A stretch of DNA of 64,000 bases from Camelus ferus (GCF_009834535.1 NC_045696.1:112158001-112222000), one strand, 5' to 3'; positions 1 through 13,471 are shown, numbered from the stretch's first letter. Program-made: numbers and translations. The notes: a model not told the origin generated them from the sequence alone.

Positions 1-2960
1 TCAACAGATCCTGTCCAATCCTGTCCAGGAGTGACAATAAAGAAGTGTGGGAGCTCAGAGCCAGGTTTCCTGGCTTTCAATGTCAATGGCATCATCGTCA
101 CAGATCAGTGAAAGAGAGGGATGAGACCAAGAGCCAACTGGGGGCGCCATGCTGTCATGGGTCTGAACACTCCAGGAGAGGCAGCTGTGCAATGATGGTG
201 ACAATGAACCACCTCCCAAGGGTGGCAAGGACTTCTCCTTAAAAATCTGTATTCTAAGTGCCTAGTGGCACTTGGCACATGGTGAGTGCACAGTGAGCAC
301 TTTGCTGAGTAGATGGAAGCTTTCGCGTCTCACTTGGTTACTCAACAAATTCATAATAGGCAGGGAAGTCATGATAATCTCCATCACTCAGATGAGCAGA
401 ACTCAGTCTTCAGGAAGGTAGGTGAATGCCCAAAGGGAGTGCAGTTCACACCCGCAGATCTGTGTCTAGAATTCAAGACTTTTCAGCTCTCAGTCCAGTG
501 TTCTTCCCACTCTACGCACAGTCCAACAGGGAGATGGGAAATAATGAGTGATCTTTGGGGACTCCTGAAATGCAGGCAGTAAATCATGCCAGGGGAGAGT
601 TTGTAAAGCTGGAGTGGGTCCTGTTCAGAGCTGCCTGATAATCTTGTCCTGCTGACATGAAATGGGCCAGTTTTGAGAGAAATGAGCAATAAGCTAAATA
701 GTTACCGAACTGGAACCAGATGGGAGAGAAAGAAAAAGACAATAAAGGAAAACATTAAGTTCCTTAAAAACTGGGATAGGTTAAATCGGCAAAAATCAGG
801 CTTGAGCAATGTCACAGATGTACTTGCTAGTCAAAGGTGAGCTGAGATGAAAAGTGGTTTTAATCCAGCTTCTGGGAGAGTTCCGTTATCAAGGCTTCAA
901 GGCTGTCACCAAACTCAAGTGAGTCTGAGATTGTTTTCTTCTAGTTTTGGAGAGCCAGGGATGGGTTCACATCATGAAAGATGGGGATTCAGATGGAGAG
1001 AGACCAAGAAAGGAAGCTGGGGTGTGATTCCCAAGGGAACAGGGTTCACATTCTTTTAAGTTGCGGTCCCGCCACACCCATAGTCTTGCCTTGATTTGCT
1101 TTTAGGAGCTCGACTGCACCACTTCACTGCTGAATTGCAGATTTACAAACTCAGGGCTGAGTCTGGGTAAGTGGTGTGGCGTGGTGTTTGCGTACAGGGT
1201 GCAAACTCCACAGGACATTAATGGTCTTTTATTTGGTTTTAAGACACACATTGTGTTCTAGGAACTCTAGGTCTAGGGTCTGAAATGCTTCGGAAAACTC
1301 TGACTGCAGATATAGCAGGTCTGAAGACCTTGGCTGAGGTCATCACAGTCAGAAACAACACTCACATTAGTGCTGTGGACAAACAGATGCCCTCCTCTTG
1401 CAGCCAGACTGGGCTGAGGCTCCCGTGGAGAGAGTCATCTTCCTGTAGTAATACAAGCAGAGACGGGGGATGGGGGTGGGGGTGGTGCGGAACGAGGGAA
1501 AACAAAAAGATGCGGAGGAAAACAACCAGGACGTGGTCCAAGAGAAACATTTACAGTGCTTTCTCAAAGCAATTTCTTAACCTTGTTTGAAAGCACACAA
1601 ATGCCTTTGGGCTGGGAAAACGGCTGACAAGCACAGCGCTGAGGACCAGTCTGTGCAGGTGCACAAAGCCAGGATGCACGGATTCAGACGAAGGCTCCTT
1701 AAGGGCTAAGGACCAGCCTGGGCGTCTAGAGGAGCAGCCCCGCCAAAGACAGGTCCAGGTGACCTGGAACCAAATCAGATGCAAGCACATACAATTCATT
1801 AAGGAAACCTGATTTGTTTCTTTGTGATCGATAAACCATCAGAAGAGCAAATGGACAGGAGGATGGGCAGAAACGAGGATTCTAACCGACAACACCAAGT
1901 TTTCAAGGGGATGCCCTAGGAAAAAATAAAAGTGGAGACAAAAACATAGATTGGTAGAAAGCAAAAAAGGCGAGAAAGAAAGGATGAAAGACAGCAAGCT
2001 CCTCCCTACTTCCCAGTGAAAGGCAGAACACTGTGAAAAGCTATCTTGTTAAGCCTCTTTTTAGGAATGAATAGCTAAGGCTCACTAACCAGTTTCAGCA
2101 GGGGTGAGGATAGCCAAGGTTTAATTGGAAATAATATAGCATTGCACCAGAAGCTGTTCCTTAAAACTAAGGCATTAGATAAAGCCAGGTTCATGTTTCT
2201 CCCACCTCTGTATTTGGAAACAGGAGCACAAAGCCTAATTGGCCAAATAAAGGAGCCGGAGGCTCCACGGAAAAGCCTCTAAGCCAGTGATTGATGTCCA
2301 TTGACACCTCGGACAGTGACACCATGGGAATGGCAGAGGGGACACGCCAGCTGGAACAAGGGGATGATGGTGCCGGCCCTGCAGAGGAGACCCAAACCCG
2401 GCCCAGTTCTGCATCAGGACAACATACTTTGGAGTTGCCCTGTCTGCCTCAGAGGCATCTTTTCAAACAGGACATTTCTGTTTTCATTCCCTCGGTAGCT
2501 ATTCTTGCCGAGCCTCCCGGATGCCAGGCGCTGTGGTTGGTGCAGGGGATTCAGTGGAGAGCATGGGAGACTGGGTGCCTTCCCCGGGCATTTTACACTC
2601 AATGACCGTTTACACTGCGGCGGGGGACAGACGATAACCACGTAAATAGCTACTTAAGCTACAAAGGGCGAGGCAGTGCTGAGTGCTGTGACGGGAAAAA
2701 AGACAGTAGGACAAGGGAAGGGAGAGTAATAGACGGGCTGTTTTGGCAGGAAGTTCAACAGAGAAGCCTGAGCAGCAGATACACGTCCTTGCACTCTGAA
2801 AATTCTGTCACTTAAAGTCAAAGCCATTTAGGCCTGTTTGGGAGGCTCTGCTGGACATCCTGAGTGGATGCTGTACCTACCCCCCCAACCCCCGATTGTC
2901 CTATGTATGGATGCGAGGTGCTCTCGAGCGGGAGGGAGCAGAAAACCCAGTCCCTGTGAC

Positions 2961-3338
2961 TGTGGTGGCCCCAGTGCCCCGTATGTCCTGGTGTTCACGC
3001 CCTGTGCAGACTGTCCTCCTGAGACTGGGCTGACCCTGGAATCCTCTCACCTTATCCTTGAGAAGGCCTGGTAATTTCTGCTTTTGCACAGTGGGCCCTA
3101 TATCCTGAGCCCAACCTGCTGTGAGAAGCCCAGTCCAGCCCTGTGGGGAGACCACGGAGAGGAAGACAGAGGCTCCAACAGAACTTGAAGAAGAAGAACC
3201 AGCTGAACCTGCATGGAGGCAAACTGCTCCACCCAGAGCCGCACGCACGGCAGAGTCATGAGCAAGGAAATAACATGGTTGATGTTTAAGCCATGAGATT
3301 TGGGGTAGTTTTGTTATTCAGCAAGAATTAACAAAACA
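2961..3338 (+). mobile_element. MaLR solo LTR, MLT1 family (MLT1F/G/H-like)
   Basis: Starts TGTGG; contains cctggtgttcacgccctgtg; ends with the MLT1-type terminus tttaagccatgagatttggggtagttttgttattcagcaagaattaacaaaaca. Confidence 0.75.
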
Positions 3339-4124
3339 CTGAATTTCCATTTCAGAGACTCACGTATGATAACTTTTTATGCACAATTTTGGCTCGGAAA
3401 ATTTGGGAGGAGGTTTGATTTTTCTTGCTTTTGTCTGTGCTTTTGATTTTCAAATACCTCATTTGAGGACACGAATTGCTGGATCTCAAAGAGGGGAAAA
3501 ACATGTTCTGGCTTAAGACTTAAAAATAGAGATGTCTGCTATTAGGAAGACAAGAATACGTTTCTGCTGACCTATTCATGTCACGAGGGCCAAACGTACG
3601 TCCTGCCATAATTCTGTAGGTAGGAAGCTGAACTAGAATTGACCTCAGTTAGCATTTCCCAACTCAAGGGACAATACCCCACCCTGGAATTCCTGACAAC
3701 ACTATCAACCGCACACAGCCGCCAGTTTCTGGCCATCCTCGGAAAGTGCTGGCAACAAGGTCTTGTCCAAACAGGGGACAAATCTGCCTGGCTTTATGCA
3801 AAGGAAAAGTAAAGCAATTAATTCTCCCTGGGGAAACACGCTGAGGCCATGAATTTACCAGGTAGTGCAAACTGTCAACTGCATTCTCGGAGAGGATGCA
3901 CCGTCTTTCCCCTGTTCCCTGGCCCTTTCCGCCCCCGTTGCGGGGGAAGGGCGGTAGATGAGGAGGAGTGGGTGGGCAGAGATTTAGGACATGAACGGGT
4001 GCTATAAACCAGAATGTAGTGGGAACATCAATTCTTGAAGACATTACTCTTAACTACACTTGTGTTCCATCTATCGAAGGTTGCGAGAGGATACAACCCA
4101 AAGAGTCGTCAAGGTGATCTACTG

Positions 4125-4291
4125 CAGTGGCTTTCCAAGTGTGGTCCTAAGGCCAGCCCCATCAGCACCACCTGGGAACTTGTCAGAAATGCAAATTCTT
4201 GGGCTCCACCCCAGATCCACTGAATCAGAGAGTCTGGGAGGGAGCCCAAAATTGAACAAGCCTACCAGCTGATTTTGATGCACACCCAAGT
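4125..4291 (+). mobile_element. MER5A (hAT-Charlie MITE)
   Basis: cagtggctttccaagtgtggtcc...catcagcaccacctgggaacttgtcagaaatgcaaattcttgggctccaccc follows the recalled MER5A consensus over most of its length. Confidence 0.85.
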
Positions 4292-5270
4292 ACTGACATT
4301 CGGGGAAAAAAATTAGAACTTCTATTTATATTTATGTGTAATTTAAAAAGGAAAAACCTTTAGCATTATTAACATTGACATGCAATCGACTCTCCTGTCC
4401 TCACTGGATTCTCAAGTCTTGTGTTGTACGTGGTATGACATTTTCCACATCCCAAAGGACCTGAGATTACTGTCCTCACTCCTTCACTCACTTTTAATTT
4501 ATTTAAAAACATTTCTCTTTACTTAAGCCCATTGGTGGATTTACAAATTATATTACCTAGTTTTAATTTCACTAACCTGTCTCAAATGGCCAAGTGGCTT
4601 AAAGGATTCCTGCAAAGAAACCTCCAAGCCGGAGCAAATAGGAAAACAGGCGGTGGTGACACTTTCACGATCTGCCCACAGTTTTACGAGCCATGACATT
4701 GTCCCCACTATAAATGTTATTGAAAATGATATTTTAGTGAGTACCAAAAGAAAATTTTATTTACTCTAATGAAATTTAAACTATTAAAGATATCATCTGC
4801 TTCACCTAATATCATCCCTTAAAATATCTATTTTATGTGATCTGATAACGTAAAAATATGTTAGCACAGGACATTTGTATACATTCTGTGCATATCTTGG
4901 GGAGCCTAAAATGCCTGTTATTGATAGGATGCGCTGATTTACTGTGTTGTGTTATTTTAAATAGAATTCTCAGTAGCACGTGTACAGGTATGCACGGCAA
5001 GCTCTGGAGATAGAATAACCAAGGTGTTTTTTATCCAAGGTAAATGCAAGGTATCAAATAGAACAGGAACAATTTGTGAATGGTGACAAAAGGGTGGGTA
5101 CCTGGACATGGTATATAAATATGAAATACTGAAGATGGTTAAACTTGACAGAATTAATGCCATAAAATTAGTAGAAGTTGCTCTGTAGAAACAGTCACGC
5201 TTAGGATTTAAGATATTTTTATATGTAAGCCATGGTGATCTTTTCTCTATTTCAAATCAGTACTCAATCA

Positions 5271-5317
5271 ATCCCATTGCACAGATGAGGAAACTGAGGC
5301 TCAGGGATGTTACATAA
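5271..5317 (-). mobile_element. MIR core fragment
   Basis: cccattgcacagatgaggaaactgaggctcag is the reverse-complement MIR core. Confidence 0.75.
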
Positions 5318-6576
5318 ATGTATAAAAAAGTCTAAGGGAAAAATTTAAATTCTGGAACATCTGCTGGAGCCTATAACCTACTGCTGGCAGGGGACTGACT
5401 GCCTGCATGTGGCTTTTTAGCTCATGAAGCCCAGGAAGATGGTGGTGGGAGATGGAGGTGGACCTAGGAGATTGGAACCAGCTTGGAGATGTGTGTTCAT
5501 CAGAGAGCCTGCAGGAATTCTGGGGAGACAGGGCCAGGGTGTCCTCAAAGAATCTAGACTGGCTGACAGTAAGTCCAGAGAAGATAGAACTTTCCTGAAA
5601 ACGGTTTCTTACGGTATCACCAGTGCTGGTTACTGGGATTTGCCGTGTGTTTTGCAGGCAACGAATGAACACGTGTGAAGGATTGGAGCAGTCATTGTGT
5701 TAACTTTTTCACAACATCACACAGATTCTGTTCTTCATAAAATACAAACCTTGGAAACTGGGGTGGATTTAAACAGCAAGGGTTTTCAGGCCTTTTGCTG
5801 ATTTTACAAAAAGTCCAAACCTGGAGTTTCCCTTATGACTGTATCTTTTCACTGGTTTTAGGCTGCTGACTTAGACTCCCCTGTCACCATGTCTGGAAAA
5901 ATAAGTTTCAACAAAGTGACTTTTCTGAAAAAAGCATGATAAATAATATTGAGAAAATAAAACCTCGTCTAAAACTCTAAGTGTACCTAGATAGTATTCT
6001 TTGTGGCCTAGCATTGATCATTTTCTCAGAACTTCATTACCAAGTGTCACTTTCAAGTGGGAGGCAGTGACTGCCTTTGCACGGGAGACCCCAGAGGTCG
6101 GGAAGGCCAGCTCTCTACCTCTCCGCAGGCTCAATACCACCATCCAGGCTGCCCTTAGGGGTGGGAAACACATCTGCTTTTCACACGTACCACTGAGCGT
6201 GCACTCTGCAGCTCACCTTTTCAGACCTCTCCTGCCCATGCTTGAAACTCCCTTGTAGCCTGGTAATTTCATCAGATCCAATGAGCATGAACCTGGCCCT
6301 AGATATAGCCAATGGTCCATTTTTTTTCAGGCTCTGCATCTGAGCGACTGAGCCCTGCTGGCAGAAAATCCACAGTAGCTTCGTGGTGTCCATTTCAATC
6401 CCTGGAGATCTGGTATGTCTTCCTGGTCAACCTGCTCCTCCATTCTCAACCACCACAATTATAAACCTTCTTTCTGGTTCTCAAACCTATATTCTCAACG
6501 CTTTCTCTTCAGAATACTTAATACAGCTTGTACACCAATTTGGAAGGTGAATAATGAACAGTTTTCTTACCTACTT

Positions 6577-6700
6577 GACTAGAGCCTCATGAGGGCTGAG
6601 CTGGCATCAGTTTTGCTCACAGAGTCCCCCCTCAGCGCCTAGTCCAGGGCAGATGCTCTGCTATGCATCTGAATATTTACTGTTCGATGAGAGATGAGTG
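6577..6700 (+). mobile_element. L2 3' end fragment
   Basis: gactagagcctcatgagggc...ttttgctcac...gcgcctag...aatatttactg resembles the L2 3' terminus; highly diverged. Confidence 0.55.
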
Positions 6701-7199
6701 GCTGCTTTCAAACCTTGACCCTTGGGCCATGTCCCCCTCCCACAGGCCAGAGAGCCTTGTAGGGGGGCCTTAAACAGCCTTGTCCAAACAGCTGTGTCAA
6801 AACATCCTGTGTTGATGGAGGCTGCAATCAGTCACTTCAAGCTTCCTGATTAACTGGTGAGGAGCGGCTGGGACACGTTCTACAGGGGCTGCGGAGTTGA
6901 TAAGTGGTGTCCGTGTTAGCTGGGGATGAAGTTTCTAAGGGCAAAACTGAAGAGACTGGTGAGCTTCTCTGATATGCACAGGAAATGGGGAGTGGAAATA
7001 AAAGGCAATACATTCAGTGAAAACGCTAATTCATTTAGCCATCAATTTTTAACCATTTGACCATCTAATTAGTGAATCAATTAGTTTTCTTTGGACTGAG
7101 GCTCATTCCTGAAAGCCTTCAGGGCTGTTGATAATACAAGATACAAAGGAAATAACCCTAAAAGTTATTAAACATAAGTCAGAAGAAATGTTGGCTTTC

Positions 7200-7605
7200 T
7201 CTCCACTCCCTGTCTCAAGAAAATCCAGGCAGCCAGGAGAGCATATCGCCTTTAGGAATATTCTGATATGACATTGATTAAAGAAATTACAGAACTAATT
7301 TAGAGACATGAACAGATAAATGAGAAAGGTAGGGAAGTTTTATCCGAATAAGGGACCAGGCTGAGAGACCCTCAGCTGTCCTTGCTTTGGCCACCCCAAA
7401 CCAGACAGTCCCCAGCTAAGCCAGCGGCTGACCATGGATTCATGAGATCCCCAGGGAGATCAGTCTACTCCAGTCCAGATCAGAAGTACTTATCAGAGCC
7501 TCCCCCAAAGGGCAGACTCTCAGAGTCATGAGCTAGTTCCATGGTAGTTGTTTTAAGCTACACGTTCTGGAGAAGTTCCTCACACATCAAAAGCTAACCC
7601 ATATA
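7200..7605 (+). mobile_element. Old MLT1 LTR remnant
   Basis: 3' end gagtcatgagc...ttgttttaagctacacgttctggagaag...gctaacccatataca matches the MLT1 terminus; the 5' boundary is uncertain. Confidence 0.55.
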
Positions 7606-7776
7606 CACTAGACACTTGAGCAACACGGGTTCGAGCTGTGCAGTCCACGTGGGTGGATGCGGTGTGGAGGATACGGCGGGGAATGCGGCAGAGGACCCAC
7701 TGAAAAGCTAGATGTGGATTTTTGTCTGCTCAAGGCTTGGCACCCCTAACCCCCGGCGCTGTTCAAAGGTCAACTG
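7606..7776 (+). mobile_element. Tigger2-derived MITE (TcMar)
   Basis: Terminal inverted repeats (TIRs) cactagacacttgagcaacacggg ... cccggcgctgttcaaaggtcaactg, flanked by TA on both sides (7604-7605, 7777-7778). Confidence 0.8.
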
Positions 7777-9768
7777 TATTTCATTTCACACATAATCACC
7801 TCTTGAGAAACAAATACTTACTTGCTCCAATCTGCTGCTTTGCCGTTTGGAAAAATCTTTCTAAGCTTTTCCTGAGTCCATTTCAATTTAGTCCTTGATG
7901 AATTAATTTTATGTAGCTTAACCCCATCGGCCAGTGTACGGCTATTGAGCAAAAGGGGAAAAATGAAGTACTATGAATTTCTGCTCAGAAGCCTCAATTG
8001 TTTCTTTCTCATGACAAAACCAAAATAAAAAAGAATTAAAAGCAAACAAACAAAAAACACCTCTGGAGGTTAAATTGGACTCCTACAGCTCTGGACAAGC
8101 AGCTCTGGTGAGTTGTGTTTGCTTAGGTTTTTTATGCTTCTGGGGTTATTAATACTATTGAGTTTGGGTTGAGAACGTTTTTGTTTTTGTTTTTTTTCTT
8201 TCTTTGGAAGCTTGAGTCAGGGGCTAACCTAGCAAATCAACACCCAGAGATATTTTTGACAAGGCAGTAAGTCAAACAATTCAACGGCAGTATGGCTGCT
8301 CTTCCTCAGTAAGATGGTCTGTATTTGTAAACCAAAGGAACAAGCATAAAGGGAAAAAGAAAGAAAGTACTTAAGAACACAAATGTATGTTTCAACTTAG
8401 AAGCACAGGCAGACCAAATACTTCTCGGAGAGCAGGCATGAGAATGACAAACAATTTAAGCTTAAGCCCTAAAAGCTTTCCACTCTCTCTGGCTCCCACA
8501 TGTATATAAAAGGTTTAAATGAACAAGAAAAACATGTCGGGATTAGGATTTGATTCCAAGAAGCTTTTATAGTCATATAGAATGACCAGGAGTTACTCTA
8601 GCTTCAAAAGACACACCAAACAAAAACTGATTTTTATCAAATAGCATTAATACTTTATGGACCCAAGTTGTTTTCACAAAGTATTTACATAATGAGGAGC
8701 TTGCCAAGCTGTGTAAATGTTTATGGCTGTAGGAGTCCCAACTTAGAGCTTTCAAATTCAGTCAAAGGAAAAACCGTGTGTTTGTTTATTTGAAGTTTAG
8801 AATTGGTAACTCGATATCGAACTCGACACTTCTGAGACGCAAATGGTGGGCCCGGTCCTAACTCAGTTCGCTCCTTTGATAGTGATCATCACATGAATCA
8901 TGCTGGGGTGTGGCGGGTGCCTTTTCATAACTGAATTTCATCAATTTCTTTTCCTAAATTCATTTCTTTGTTAATTGACCCAACCCCTTGTAAGTCTCTC
9001 TTGACAAACATTGCTCAAGAAACGAAATGTTCTTGACTTGTTAATGGGAAAACTTACCCAAGATTCTCAGGACTGCAGACAAAAATTAATAAACGTAACT
9101 GGTTTTCACAAAGTACTGTGTCTTCTCATAAATGTTATTTGACTCTTCTTGAAACTACTCAAAAGTTCTCAATGAACTTGAGCTTCTAGCTCATTTTGAA
9201 TATGATTTTATGAAAGAAGGGTTTAATTATCCCATTACCTCTGAGGCAATCAATGTTGAAAAGTGATCCAAGTTAGTCAGAGGAAGGTTCTGGAATATAA
9301 TACCAGGCTCCTGATTCTTAGCTTAAAACTTCACCAATCTGCTTTCTTTGGTCTCCACGCTAAGGCACACATTTAGTCATGGCAGGCATGAAACGTAAGC
9401 CTTTCCTCTCATAACGTCTGTGTCCTTCTGTCTGCTTGAGTTTCCCAGTGTTTGAATTGCCTTCTTCTGTCTTTGCAGCCCTTTCTTCCTGTCTGCTCCG
9501 TTTTCCTCGTTATAAGCCTTATGAGCTAAAACAGCACTTCCCAAACCTTGCCACGAGTAAGACAATGATTCTTCATTATTCCATGATTTTTTACCCCCCT
9601 TGGAACTCTTTTTGGGCTGCATAGCTAAATAGGGTTTTGAAAATTAGCAAACCACATACCTCCCGGGAAGGCACAACACGCATTGGCCTATCAAAGGCAG
9701 TAACTGTCTAACTCAGTATTTCCTAAACAAAAGAATTTATGTAAAGAACTGGGTTCTCGCTATACACC

Positions 9769-9815
9769 TGAAACTAATATAGTATTGTACTTAATTATAT
9801 TGTAATAAAACAATA
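9769..9815 (+). mobile_element. Very short L1 3' tail (cetartiodactyl type)
   Basis: gctatacacctgaaactaatatagtattgta...aataaaa matches the other L1 3' ends in this window. Confidence 0.65.
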
Positions 9816-10223
9816 AAGAACTTGGACTTGGAAAAATTTCTTTTTCAAAATTCAAAATATTCTTTTCCTGAATAATGTTTTTTTTTTCTTCATAATTTTC
9901 CCTAATTCAGAGCTCCATCTTCTATTCAGAATATGGGGACAATTGTCTTGGCAATTATAAAGAATGTTGCTGTTAATAGTGGGGTGCATGTATCTTTTTG
10001 AATTAATTCTTATTTTGTTGTTGGCTTTTCTCCTTTGATAACTATGTAAGTTTAAAAAGCTAAAGCTCTAAATGTTCTTAGAAACAATGAACAGTACATA
10101 TATGTAAATTAAAAAAACTATGTGCAGGATATTGTGTATATGTATTTACATGCAATATAGTGTATATGTGTAGTCAAATTATAACAATTCTACCTAATAA
10201 AACTGAAAAATGAAAAAAAGAAA

Positions 10224-10410
10224 AAATATACATAAAACAGATAAACAACTTTCTACTGTATAGCACAGGGAACTATATTCAATATCTTGTAGTTACCTTT
10301 GGTGAAAAAGAATATGAAAACGAATATATGTGTGTTCCTGTAGGACTGAAGTATTGTGCTGTGTACCAGAAATTGACACAACATTGTAAACTGAACATAC
10401 TTCAATAAAA
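10224..10410 (+). mobile_element. 5'-truncated camelid-type L1 3' UTR
   Basis: atagcacagggaactatattcaatatcttgtag...gtaccagaaattgacacaacattgtaaactgaacatacttcaataaaa; same family as the copies at 11.7, 20.5, 40.3 and 61.7 kb. Confidence 0.85.
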
Positions 10411-11341
10411 ATGTATATAGAAATATAGGGACGATTGCTTGAGATTAAAAAGCAGAAGATGAGGAGAAAAAAATGTCATTAATCTCCTCCTCCAGATTTT
10501 CATTCTGTCTCTCTTTTTTCACAATTATGTTCTTTAGAGACCAAAGCGGAGAAAGAGCTAAGTGTTCAATTGGGAAGATACTGAAGGTGAATTTCCTGTA
10601 GGCACAGCACGCTGCTAGCAGAGACCAGAGAAACTGGTAGCAAGATGACAGGGTCCTCATCTCCAAGATGTTCAGTCTCGTGGAAAAACACAGGAGCAGG
10701 AGGGGGTAGATGTAAACATTTTGTGGGACAGCTGCTTTACGCTGAAGTCTTTCCCTCCATGCAGAACCTGTAAATCTGCACTTGAAATTCTCATCTTAAA
10801 ATCACCCATTCATTCTCCCAGCTTCCCCCACAAAAAAGGGCAAAACATCAGTGGAAAGTCGGCCGGGTACACTTTGTATCCCCGGTATTTGATTTTTCTC
10901 CCTCCTAAACCACAAGCTGTGTCTCTCTTTGCTGTACCCACTGCCGTGTGGACTGGACTCCCCATTAATCTTTCAATGCCACGGTCTCTCCTACCTCAGA
11001 GTCTTGTATTTACTTTGTGCTTCAGACGGGATTTAAGCCCAGGCCAAACTGTGATAGCTAACATTTCCGTCTCTGCCCTCACATCATTAAAAAGCGAAAG
11101 ATTAGCTGCCAAGGCAGAAGGATGTATCATCAGGTAGGACCGTGTTCAGCTGCGAGTGAGAGAAAACCTGAGTCCAGGGGTCCAAACAAAGACAGGCTGC
11201 TTCTCCTGTTGCCTAATTAGTCCAGGTGCAGGCATTCTGCGGATGCTGGTTCCAACCAGGAGAGAAGGCTGGTGCCTGTTTTGCCTCTTCCTCTCATGGT
11301 GAAAGCAAAGGCTCTCCCCGAACCTCTGTCTTAGTAGGTTT

Positions 11342-11402
11342 CCTTTTTTAAAAATTGAAATGTAGTCTATTTACAATGTTGTGTTAGTCTCTGCTGTACA
11401 GT
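11342..11402 (-). mobile_element. Very short L1 3' tail
   Basis: ttttttaaaaattgaaatgtagtctatttacaatgttgtgttagtctctgctgtacag is the reverse complement of the L1 3' end. Confidence 0.7.
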
Positions 11403-11718
11403 CAGGTGACAAGGACAGCTTGTGAAAGATTTCCTCTCCCTTTCATTTTTCCCCCAATCAGGGTATGTTTTTAGATGAGTTTGCAGTGCATCTGACCCTT
11501 CCCTGGGAAGGACTCATTGGGCCCTTAGAGCCAGAGGCCACTGTGTCCCAGCTGAGAGGGACCGAGTACCCATTTCTCTGCTTACTCATATAGGCTGAGC
11601 AAGACACAGATTTTTAAAAAGATAGCTCATCAATACATTTAATATTGATAGATGCCAAAATGACATTTGGTTTAAGTAAAATGTGTTTAAATCATCTGTT
11701 TCTTATCTTTAAAAAAAA

Positions 11719-12546
11719 TTTTTTTTAATTCAAATATAGTCAGTTACAATGTGTCAATTTCTGGTGTACAGCATAATGTTTCAGTCATGCATATACATAC
11801 ATATATTTCTTTTCATATTCTTTTCATCATAGGTTACTACAAGCTATTGAATATAGTTCCCTGTGCTATACAGTAGGGCCTTGTTGTTTATCCCTTTTAT
11901 GTATAGTAGTTTGTATCTGCAAATTCCAAACTCCCACTTTATCCTTCCCACCTCCCCCATTCCCCCCTGGTAGCCATAAGTTTGTTTTCTATGTCTGTGG
12001 GTCTGTTTCTATTTTTTAAGTAAGTTCATTTGGGTCTTTTTTTTTTTTTTTTAGATTCCACATATAATTGATATTATATGGTATTTGTCTTTCTCTTTCT
12101 GACTTACTTCACTTAATANNNNNNNNNNNNNNNNNNNNNNNNNNNNNNNNNNNNNNNNNNNNNNNNNNNNNNNNNNNNNNNNNNNNNNNNNNNNNNNNNN
12201 NNNNNNNNNNNNNNNNNNNNNNNNNNNNNNNNNNNNNNNNNNNNNNNNNNNNNNNNNNNNNNNNNTACTGTAAACACTGCTGCTGTGAACACTGGGGTGC
12301 ATGTATCTTNNNNNNNNNNNNNNNNNNNNNNNNNNNNNNNNNNNNNNNNNNNNNNNNNNNNNNNNNNNNNNNNNNNNNNNNNNNNNNNNNNNNNNNNNNN
12401 NNNNNNNNNNNNNNNNNNNNNNNNNNNNNNNNNNNNNNNNNNNNNNNNNTCTCCACCTTCAGCGTTTATCCTTTGTGGACTTTTTAATGATGGCCATTCT
12501 GACCAGTGTGAGGTGATACCTCCCTGTAGTTTTGATTTGCATTTCA
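11719..12546 (-). mobile_element. 5'-truncated L1 (3' UTR plus ORF2 C-terminus), two N gaps inside
   Basis: Poly-T start, L1 3' UTR, and reverse-strand translation MQIKTTGRYHLTLVRMAIIKKS, the L1 ORF2 C-terminal motif. Confidence 0.92.
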
Positions 12547-12951
12547 GATCTCCTTTTTATCCCATTGACACAGCCACACTGCATGGCTGTGAGACAGGCT
12601 GAGAAAGTGAAGCTGAATAGGTATCCTGGGAGCCCATGGACTGTCTTTGCCACAAGATCAATCCTAGTTCAACTTCCTCTTTTTGTCATGGTTGGTATCT
12701 GAGTTCTTTTATGGGTAAAGAGCAAAAATGCTGAAATCCTTGAAATACTGCAGTGTGTCTATGCATTAAAAGTGTACGCGTGGAGGAGTTAGAGTCTTAG
12801 TTCCACCTTCGCTTCACACCAAGGAGAACTCACTTTCTGGAACTGAAATAGCACTGAAGCCCAAGCCCACGTGACAAACTTCAGATGCCTGCGGAAGCTA
12901 CAACTCGACTTGAGTATCTGTTTGGCTTATTTCCTAATACTAGTCATGTGG

Positions 12952-13250
12952 TGATTCACTCATTCAACAAACATTTATTTACCTTCTACTACGTGCCAGG
13001 CATTGTGATGCTGCTGTGGGCCCAGGTGCTAAGCTATAGTGGTGAATGACATACACACACTTTCTTTTTCTAGGAGGTTTGATTTTTAATGGAAGAGACA
13101 GATATTACTTTATTATAATTACGATGAATACCATGGAGGAATTATAATTGTGATTAATACCATGGAGGAAAAGTACAAAGAGAGATGAAGCTATTAGAGG
13201 AAGTTAGCATAGTTTGAGGTTGGCAGGGGACGCTTCCCGAATGGTACACT
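12952..13250 (-). mobile_element. L2 3' fragment
   Basis: cattcaacaaacatttatttacc...tacgtgccaggcattgtg...gagacaga is the typical reverse L2 end. Confidence 0.75.
13112..13169. repeat. 29-bp tandem duplication (2 copies)
   Basis: attataattacgatgaataccatggagga followed directly by attataattgtgattaataccatggagga; 26/29 identical. Confidence 0.9.
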
Positions 13251-13255
13251 GACAC

Positions 13256-13471
13256 CACGGTTTCTGAGCCTTGGCACTACTGACATTTCAGGTTGGAGCA
13301 TTCTTTGCTGTGGGGGGCTGCCCTGCACCTTGTAGGGTGTTTAGCAGTATCCCTACCATCTTCCCACTAAAATGCCAAGAGCTCTCCCCTTCCAGCTGTG
13401 ACAACCAAAATAGCTCTAGTCATTGAAAAATACTCCCTGGGTGCAAAACTGTCCCTGGTTCAGAAACACTG
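13256..13471 (-). mobile_element. MER20 (hAT-Charlie)
   Basis: ccttggcactactgacattt...gggggctgccctgcaccttgtagggtgtttagcag...tgtgacaaccaaaa...cagaaacactg is the reverse complement of MER20, near full length. Confidence 0.88.

Noticed and set aside
9946-10005. Isolated internal L1 fragment on the minus strand as a novel element
   Set aside because: About 55 bp of ordinary L1 sequence beside other L1 debris; best explained by truncation or deletion.
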